DNA from: Candidatus Faecousia faecavium
GTDB taxonomy: Bacteria; Bacillota; Clostridia; Oscillospirales; Oscillospiraceae
DNA: 64,000 nt
Assembly: GCA_018712645.1 (NCBI GenBank)
Contig: DVGO01000062.1
Span: forward strand, 4,195 to 68,194
Direction of reading: 5' to 3'
A program made the translations under genes and the position numbers. This document shows positions 57,643 to 64,000 of the stretch, in pieces; the stretch's first letter is position 1; each line of letters opens with the position of its first letter. The notes beneath the pieces are model-generated. The model saw only the letters and a program-made list of their open reading frames with translations, was not told where the DNA came from and searched no databases.

Positions 57643-59700
57643 ATGGACGCCAAATACGAAGCTCTGTTTACCCCCTGGAAAATCGGCAATGTGGAAATCA
57701 AAAACCGCATCGTCCTGTGCCCCATGGGCGGCACCTCCCTGTTCGGCTGGATGGAGCCCAATCACTTTGACAAGGAAGCGGCAAACTTCTTCCTGGAGCG
57801 GGCACAGAATAACGTGGGTCTGATTATCCCCGGCATCGCTCCCATCCGGGACACCATCGGCGGCCGGTGGCTGTACCAGAACAAGAAGATGTTCCGCCAG
57901 CTCAAAGACTACATGGAACAGATTCACGCCACCGGGGCAAAGCTATTCATTCAGCTCACTGCCGGCATGGGCCGCTCCTGGGGCATCTCCGATGAAGTGA
58001 CCCATCTGCACAAAAATCCCGTGCTGCGGGTACTGGCAAAACCCATTCTGGATACCAACTACCAGATGGCCAGCCCCAGTCCCCTGCCCTCTCGTTGGGC
58101 TGAGGATATCACCTGCCCGGAAGTGACCCTGGAGCAGATTCAGGAAATCATCGACGCCTTTGCCAAAACCGCCGCACTGTGCAAGGAGGCCGGGGTTGAC
58201 GGTGTGGAAGTCCATGCCGTTCACGAAGGGTATCTTCTGGATCAGTTCGCCATGAAGTACACCAACCACCGCAGCGACCGCTACGGCGGCAGCTTTGAAA
58301 ACCGTTACCGCTTCGCAGCGGAAATTGTCAAGGCCATCAAGGACACCTGCGGCAGCGATTACCCGGTGTCCCTGCGCTACAGCGTCATTTCCAAGGTCAA
58401 GGACTTCTGCTACGGCGCTCTGCCAGGAGAAAACTACCAGGAAATCGGCCGGGACATGGAAGAGAGCGAAAAGGCCGCCAAGTACCTGCAGGATGCCGGC
58501 TACGATATGCTCAACGCCGACAACGGCACCTACGACTCCTGGTATTGGGCCCATCCGCCAATGTACATGCCCCAGAACTGCAACCTGGAGGACGTGGCTC
58601 ACATCAAGCAGTTCGTGGACATTCCCGTGGTCTGCGCCGGACGGATGGAGCCGGACGTGGGCGCTCAGGCGGTAAAAGAAGGCCGCATTGACGGCGTAGG
58701 CGTTGCCCGGCAGTTCCTGGCCGACGGGGAATGGGTCACCAAGCTGATGGAGGATCGGCTGGAGGATATCCGTCCCTGCATCTGCTGCCACAACGGCTGC
58801 TTCAACCTGTGCCACTACAAAGGCCACGCCAATGCCCAGTCCTTCTTTGACACCCGGGGCATGGCCCGGTGCGCCATCAATCCCAAGACCATGCAGTCGA
58901 AAAAATACCGGGTAGAGCCTGCTGCCAAGGCCAAGAAAATTGCCATTATCGGCGGCGGCATCGGCGGCATGGAGTCCGCCATCGTCTGTGCCCAGCGGGG
59001 CCACAGCGTCACCTTATACGAAAAGTCTGACCGGCTTGGCGGTGTGTTCCAGGCAGCGGCTGCTCCCTCCTTCAAGGAAAAGGACCGGGATTTGCTTGCC
59101 TGGTATGCCAGAGAGCTTACCAAGTACCCCAACCTGACGGTAAAGCTGAACACGCAGGTCAAGGACGTATCTTCCCTGAACGCCGATGAAATCATCATTG
59201 CCACCGGCGCCACTGCCAACCGTCTCCCCGTTCCCGGCGGGGACAAGGGCATTCAGGCCATTGATTACCTGCTGGGCAAGAAGGCCGTGGGCGACAAGGT
59301 TACCATCATCGGCGGCGGTTTGACCGGCTGCGAAATTGCCTATGACCTGTACCTGCAGGGCAAGCAGCCCACCATTGTGGAAATGAAGGACGATCTGATT
59401 GCCGTTACCGGCGTCTGCCTGGCCAACTCCAGCTACCTGCGGGACTTCTTCAAAACCAACCAGGTACCGGTATATCTGGAAACCGCTCTGAAAGAAATCA
59501 AGGACGGCTCCGTGGTGGTCACCCGGAAAGACGGCACCCAGGAGGAAATCCCGGCAGACTCCGTGATTCTCTCCGTGGGCTATCGCCCCGCCCCTCTGGC
59601 AGACAAGGCAGGGCACATTCACATCGTAGGCGACGCCGCCAAGGTGGGCAATCTGCGCACCGTCATCTGGCGGGCCTGGGATGTGTGCATGAAGCTGTAA
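57643..59700 (+). CDS. Fe-S NADH:flavin oxidoreductase, 2-enoate reductase type (OYE barrel + FAD domain)
   Basis: KNRIVLCPM, HAVHEGYLLDQF, YGGSFENRYRF, CICCHNGC...C 4Fe-4S motif, two GGG Rossmann motifs. Confidence 0.92.
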   Translation: MDAKYEALFTPWKIGNVEIKNRIVLCPMGGTSLFGWMEPNHFDKEAANFFLERAQNNVGLIIPGIAPIRDTIGGRWLYQNKKMFRQLKDYMEQIHATGAKLFIQLTAGMGRSWGISDEVTHLHKNPVLRVLAKPILDTNYQMASPSPLPSRWAEDITCPEVTLEQIQEIIDAFAKTAALCKEAGVDGVEVHAVHEGYLLDQFAMKYTNHRSDRYGGSFENRYRFAAEIVKAIKDTCGSDYPVSLRYSVISKVKDFCYGALPGENYQEIGRDMEESEKAAKYLQDAGYDMLNADNGTYDSWYWAHPPMYMPQNCNLEDVAHIKQFVDIPVVCAGRMEPDVGAQAVKEGRIDGVGVARQFLADGEWVTKLMEDRLEDIRPCICCHNGCFNLCHYKGHANAQSFFDTRGMARCAINPKTMQSKKYRVEPAAKAKKIAIIGGGIGGMESAIVCAQRGHSVTLYEKSDRLGGVFQAAAAPSFKEKDRDLLAWYARELTKYPNLTVKLNTQVKDVSSLNADEIIIATGATANRLPVPGGDKGIQAIDYLLGKKAVGDKVTIIGGGLTGCEIAYDLYLQGKQPTIVEMKDDLIAVTGVCLANSSYLRDFFKTNQVPVYLETALKEIKDGSVVVTRKDGTQEEIPADSVILSVGYRPAPLADKAGHIHIVGDAAKVGNLRTVIWRAWDVCMKL

Positions 59701-59712
59701 GGAGGCGCAGGA

Positions 59713-60993
59713 ATGAATTTAACAGCAGAACAGCAAGCCATTCTGGACGGTGCCAAGGGCGAAACCATGGCCAAGGTTATGAAAACCCTGGTAATGTACG
59801 GCCAGATTTTCGGCGCAGAGAAAATGGTGCCCGTCACCTCCCAATATAACCACCTGGTCACCTCCTTCGGTCTGAAGGCCCTGGGACCGGTGTACGACCT
59901 GATGAATCAGCTGATTGACGCCGGTGCAGTTTCCGGGCAGAAATTCTCCGTGGACCCCCGGCCCCTGGACCCCAAGGTGCCTGCCAATTTCCTGCAGAAT
60001 CTGGTGTTCAAGAAGTTCATGTACAGCAAGCAGGACTTCTACGAAGGCCAGCTGCGGCAGCTGGGATTGAAAGATGAGGAAGCCTTCAGCTGCGCCTGTT
60101 ATCTGGATGAGCAGGGCAACCGTCCGAAAAAGGGCGAGGTACTGAGCTGGGCAGAATCCTCTGCCGTAGTCTACGCCAACTCGGTGCTGGGTGCCCGGTG
60201 CAATCGCAACTCCGGCATTATGGACCTGATGGGCTCCATCGCGGGATTCGTCCCCTATTTCGGCCTGCTCACCGACGAAGGCCGGAAAGCCACCTGGATT
60301 ATCCGGGTGGAAACCACCAAGAAGCCGGAGGCTCAGCTGCTGGGCTCCGCCATCGGCATGAAGGTCATGGAAGATGTGCCCTATGTGATGGGAATGACCA
60401 AATGGCTGGGCACAGAGCTGGATGACGCCGCTTGTGCCTATCTGAAGGATTTCGGCGCCGCCACGGCCTCCAACGGTGCGGTAGGTCTTTACCACATTGA
60501 CGGTCTGACCCCGGAGGCCAAGGAACAGGGTACCGACCTGATTGCCCCCGATGCCAAGGTCTATGTCATTGACGATGCCGAGCTGCAGCGGGTGAAGGAC
60601 AATTACCCGCTGGTGTGGAAAAATCCCAACGCCAAGCCCAAGCTGTGCTTTGTAGGCTGCCCTCACCTGAGTTTGCAGCAGCTTCAGGACTGGACCGAGC
60701 GGCTGGAGCAGAGTCTGAAAGCTGCCGGACGGCAGAAGGTCTGCATTCCCACGGTATTCACCACCGCCCCCGGGGTGAAAAAAGCCTTTGAAAACAGCCC
60801 CTACGGCAGCCGTTTGGCGGCAACCGGAGTGATTTTGTCCTGCATCTGCCCGCTGATGTACATGAATAATCCCTTGTGCGGCCCCATGCCGGTAATCACC
60901 TGCTCCAACAAGCTGCGTACCTACACCACCGCCCGGTACTACACCGAGGAGGAAATTCTGATCAAGATTACGAAAGGAGGCAATCCCCAATGA
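59713..60993 (+). CDS. Aconitase X catalytic (large) subunit, DUF521
   Basis: SCACY, WAESSAVVYANSVLGARCNR, FGAATASNGAVGLYHI, GCPHLS, CICP. Confidence 0.88.
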   Translation: MNLTAEQQAILDGAKGETMAKVMKTLVMYGQIFGAEKMVPVTSQYNHLVTSFGLKALGPVYDLMNQLIDAGAVSGQKFSVDPRPLDPKVPANFLQNLVFKKFMYSKQDFYEGQLRQLGLKDEEAFSCACYLDEQGNRPKKGEVLSWAESSAVVYANSVLGARCNRNSGIMDLMGSIAGFVPYFGLLTDEGRKATWIIRVETTKKPEAQLLGSAIGMKVMEDVPYVMGMTKWLGTELDDAACAYLKDFGAATASNGAVGLYHIDGLTPEAKEQGTDLIAPDAKVYVIDDAELQRVKDNYPLVWKNPNAKPKLCFVGCPHLSLQQLQDWTERLEQSLKAAGRQKVCIPTVFTTAPGVKKAFENSPYGSRLAATGVILSCICPLMYMNNPLCGPMPVITCSNKLRTYTTARYYTEEEILIKITKGGNPQ

Positions 60994-61433
60994 GAGAATT
61001 TCACGGACGTGTGATTGCTCCGGGCTGCACAACCGCCCCGGCGCTGGTATCCCACGGCGGACTGAATACCCTGGCCTCCTTCCAGAAGGCGCTGCAGTTC
61101 GGCGACAAACAGGCTACCTGCGGTGACCAGAATAACCCCGACCTGTATGGCAAGCAGATGGCGGGCAAGGCACTGTGCCTGCCCCAGACCATCGGCTCTA
61201 CCACCGGCGGTCTGGTGCTCTACTGCGCCTGCTCCATGAACCGGCAGCCTGCCTGTCTGCTGTTCTCCAACCCCATTGACTCCCTGGCTGCCGCCGGTTC
61301 CGTGCTGGCAGCGGTGTGGCTGGACAATGTGCAGATGCCGGTAGTGGACTGCCTGGGCGACGAATTTTTGTCCTATGTCCGAGACGGCATGACCATCACC
61401 ATCGAAGAAAACGGTCTTGTCCGAGTGGAATAA
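60990..61433 (+). CDS. Aconitase X swivel (small) subunit, DUF126
   Basis: GRVIAPG, LYGKQMAGKAL..P..IGSTTGG catalytic-Ser motif; ATGA overlap, AAGGAGG RBS. Confidence 0.88.
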   Translation: MREFHGRVIAPGCTTAPALVSHGGLNTLASFQKALQFGDKQATCGDQNNPDLYGKQMAGKALCLPQTIGSTTGGLVLYCACSMNRQPACLLFSNPIDSLAAAGSVLAAVWLDNVQMPVVDCLGDEFLSYVRDGMTITIEENGLVRVE

Positions 61434-61453
61434 CCTGTTTCCTGTTTGAATTG

Positions 61454-61490
61454 ACTCCCGCCGCAGTTCGCTGCGACGGGAGTTTTACTT
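61454..61490 (+). terminator. Terminator ending hydrolase-reductase-AcnX operon
   Basis: ACTCCCGCCGCAG-TTCG-CTGCGACGGGAGT plus T-rich tail. Confidence 0.8.
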
Positions 61491-61697
61491 TGTCAGAACC
61501 AGCTAGTTCTAAATCCGAACGATTGAAAAAACTATTATAAACATACCGTTCTATTTTGAAACACTTTTTCGACATTTATTCACACTTTTTTACATTATGT
61601 TCTATAATGAAACATTTTTTTCGTTTCCTCACTGGGAAAAACCAGAAAAGACTGGTAAAATAACCATAAACAATAGCACCGAAGAGGAGAGATTTGG

Positions 61698-62969
61698 ATG
61701 ATCCAGCTATTGATGATTGCAGACGACTTTACCGGCGCCCTGGATGCCGGTGTTCAATTTGCCTCTCATGGGGCCAAAACCACTGTAATTACCGACACCG
61801 TTTCCCAATGGAGCCAAGATGTTCAAAATGTGGACATTCTGGTGGTAGATGCCGAAACCCGTCACATGCCCGCTCAGCAGGCCTACGATACCGTGCATCG
61901 GATCGTCACCCAAGGCGTCCAGGCAGGAATCCCCCATATTTATAAAAAGACAGACTCCGCCCTTCGGGGCAACATCGGCGCAGAACTCAGCGCTCTGCTC
62001 CACGCCAGCGGTGAAAAACAGCTTCCCTTCCTCCCCGCTTTTCCCCAGATCGGCCGCTGCACCAAGCAGGGTGTCCACTACATCCAAGACCTGCCGGTAG
62101 CCCAGAGCGTATTCGGCAAGGACCCCTTTGAGCCGGTGAAGGAATCCCGGGTGGACAAGCTGATTGCCGGTCAGACCCAGGATCCCGTCACTGTGCTGCC
62201 TCCCCTGGATTACGGCGATGCTCTGCCGGAGCAGGAAGGCATACTGGTATTCGATTCCCTGAGCGAACGGGATCTGTCCATCACCGCCCACCGGCTGATG
62301 GAGGGAAAGAAGCTGGCCATCATGGCTGGCTGCGCCGGTTTCGCCGCCATGCTGCCTCAGCTGCTGGGTACCAACACCCTGCATCACGAGCCCGTCCTGC
62401 CCAAGCTGGATTCCCGGCTGCTGGTGCTGTGCGGCAGTGTCAATCCCATTACCCAAACCCAGTTGGATCACGCCCAGGCCTCCGGTTTCCTGCGGCTGCG
62501 GATGGAGCCCCGGCAGAAGCTGGAGCCGGATTACTGGGGCAGCGACCAGGGTCGGCAGCAGCTGGCCCAATGGCTGCCGCTGCTGCAGCAGGGAAAGCAC
62601 ACCATCATCGACAGCAACGATCCCGGTTCCAACCAGCCCACTGCCGACTACGCCAAGGCCCAGGGCCTGACCCTGGAGGACGTGCGGCTGCGGATTTCCG
62701 GTTCTCTGGGCCAGATTCTCAAGGCCATCAGCCAGGAGAACCTGCCGGGCACCCTGCTGGTCACCGGCGGCGATACCCTGATGCAGTGCATGAACTGCAT
62801 GGGCATCCACGAAATTGAGCCCTTGTGCGAGGTAGAAGCCGGCGTGGTTCTCTCCCGCTTCCAATATCAGGGCGTAAGCCGCTATGTGATTTCCAAGTCC
62901 GGCGGATTTGGAAAAGCGGACCTTCTCATCAGTTTGTCATGTATGCTGTCTGAGCAAGTCAGCGCATAA
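61698..62969 (+). CDS. Four-carbon acid sugar kinase family protein (DUF1537)
   Basis: IADDFTGALD, YKKTDSALRGN, PAFPQIGR, GS, TGGDT, SKSGGFG. Confidence 0.92.
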   Translation: MIQLLMIADDFTGALDAGVQFASHGAKTTVITDTVSQWSQDVQNVDILVVDAETRHMPAQQAYDTVHRIVTQGVQAGIPHIYKKTDSALRGNIGAELSALLHASGEKQLPFLPAFPQIGRCTKQGVHYIQDLPVAQSVFGKDPFEPVKESRVDKLIAGQTQDPVTVLPPLDYGDALPEQEGILVFDSLSERDLSITAHRLMEGKKLAIMAGCAGFAAMLPQLLGTNTLHHEPVLPKLDSRLLVLCGSVNPITQTQLDHAQASGFLRLRMEPRQKLEPDYWGSDQGRQQLAQWLPLLQQGKHTIIDSNDPGSNQPTADYAKAQGLTLEDVRLRISGSLGQILKAISQENLPGTLLVTGGDTLMQCMNCMGIHEIEPLCEVEAGVVLSRFQYQGVSRYVISKSGGFGKADLLISLSCMLSEQVSA

Positions 62970-62999
62970 AACAAAATCAATATTATGGAGGTAATCAAT

Positions 63000-64000
63000 A
63001 TGCAATATCCGATTCTTCCCGGTTTGACCATGGACGGTCAGGTCTACTGCAACCGCGAAATGGGCACCGTAGAAGCCATTATCCCTCCCGGCCCCTGGCG
63101 CACCTGCCACGGCCCCGCAATGGTGGAGCTTCCCAACGGCGACCTGCTGTGCTGCTGGTTTGCCGGCACCTTTGAAGGCGACGCCGACATTCACATTGTC
63201 TGTGCCCGGCTGCCCAAGGGCGCGGACAGATGGGAAGAACCGGTAAACGTCTCCGGCGATCCCACTCGCTCCGAGCAGAATCCTTCCCTGTTCCTGGGCC
63301 CGGACGGTGCTGTCTGGTGCATGTACACCGCCCAGCTGGATCGGGTCCCCGGCAAGGACAACATGCAGTTTACCTCTCAGATTCGCTGCCAGAAGTCCTT
63401 CGACGGCGGCAAAACCTGGAGCGATTACGAAACCATCTTCCCCGAAGAAGGCACCTTCGGCCGTCAGAGCATTCAGGTTCTGAAAAACGGCCGCTGGATT
63501 TACGGCACCTGGATCTGCACCGATGCCGTGGATGGTCTGGCCGGTGATCCCTCCGCTTTCCGGATCTCCGACGATCAGGGCAAGACCTGGCGTCAGGTGA
63601 TGATGCCCCGTTCCAACGGCCGGGTACACCCCACGGTGGTAGAGCTTGACGACGGCCATCTGGTTGCCTTCATGCGCAGCCGGGAAGCCGACAACATCTA
63701 CCGCAGCGAATCTTTCGACTGGGGCGACAGCTGGTCTGAACCCAAGCCTACGGTGCTGCCCAACAACAACTCTTCCATCAGCGCCATCCGCACCCAGTCC
63801 GGACGGATCGCCATTGCCTACAACCCCACCTGTGTTTCCGAGGATATGCGCAGCAAGTGCGCCTGGCCCGGCCTGCGCTGCCCGGTGGCTGTGGCATTGT
63901 CCGAAGACGGCGGTCTGACCTTCCCCATGATCCGCTGGATGGAGCGGGGCGAAGGCTTCATCGGTGACGAAAACAAGACCAACAACAAGCAGTACGAGTA
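63000..64000 (+). CDS. BNR/Asp-box sialidase-like beta-propeller protein (3'-truncated; absent from ORF track)
   Basis: GGAGG RBS, ATG 63000; WFAGTFEG, SEQNP, Asp-boxes SFDGGKTW, SDDQGKTW, SFDWGDSW, SEDGGLTF; no signal peptide. Confidence 0.88.
   Translation, partial: MQYPILPGLTMDGQVYCNREMGTVEAIIPPGPWRTCHGPAMVELPNGDLLCCWFAGTFEGDADIHIVCARLPKGADRWEEPVNVSGDPTRSEQNPSLFLGPDGAVWCMYTAQLDRVPGKDNMQFTSQIRCQKSFDGGKTWSDYETIFPEEGTFGRQSIQVLKNGRWIYGTWICTDAVDGLAGDPSAFRISDDQGKTWRQVMMPRSNGRVHPTVVELDDGHLVAFMRSREADNIYRSESFDWGDSWSEPKPTVLPNNNSSISAIRTQSGRIAIAYNPTCVSEDMRSKCAWPGLRCPVAVALSEDGGLTFPMIRWMERGEGFIGDENKTNNKQYE

Noticed and set aside
56395-59700. Bile-acid (bsh/bai) or bilirubin reductase assignment for the Ntn hydrolase and flavoenzyme
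   Set aside because: True BSH has Cys at residue 2 and no membrane anchor; no other bai genes are present; the flavoenzyme has HEGY rather than the HGDR motif reported for BilR.
1-64000. CRISPR arrays, tRNA/rRNA genes, transposases, prophage or defence genes
   Set aside because: None recognised on either strand by eye; very short or highly divergent elements could have been missed.

Overview
A 64-kb chromosomal segment of moderately high GC from an anaerobic Bacillota genome. Gene repertoire, T-box/ZTP/preQ1 riboswitches and sigma-A promoters point to Clostridia, probably Oscillospiraceae-like (inference). No prophage, IS element, integrase, CRISPR array, rRNA or tRNA was seen. Core content: trmL, pgk, tpiA, sua5, coaE, an M18 aminopeptidase, a preQ1-I-controlled queT, a ZTP-riboswitch-controlled purE-C-F-M-N-(purO-like)-purH-D-L operon, rpmH-rnpA-yidD-yidC-jag (not next to dnaA or mnmE), typA, rsmA and T-box-controlled thrS. 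Most interesting: (1) a Wood-Ljungdahl methyl-branch operon (metF, cooC/acsF, acsD, acsV, DUF3786) in which the corrinoid Fe-S protein large subunit AcsC is fused in frame to the methyltransferase AcsE, with no acsA/acsB in the window; (2) a four-gene operon joining a membrane-anchored Ntn amide hydrolase, an Fe-S enoate-reductase-type flavoenzyme and a two-subunit aconitase X, a candidate undescribed hydrolyse-dehydrate-reduce pathway; (3) a sugar-type ABC importer with a single orphan FAD oxidoreductase under a PocR/AraC regulator; (4) a roughly 245-nt structured transcript candidate with its own promoter and terminator but no real ORF; (5) an unannotated 41-aa membrane peptide gene. All calls are from reading motifs by eye; no database search or folding program was run.
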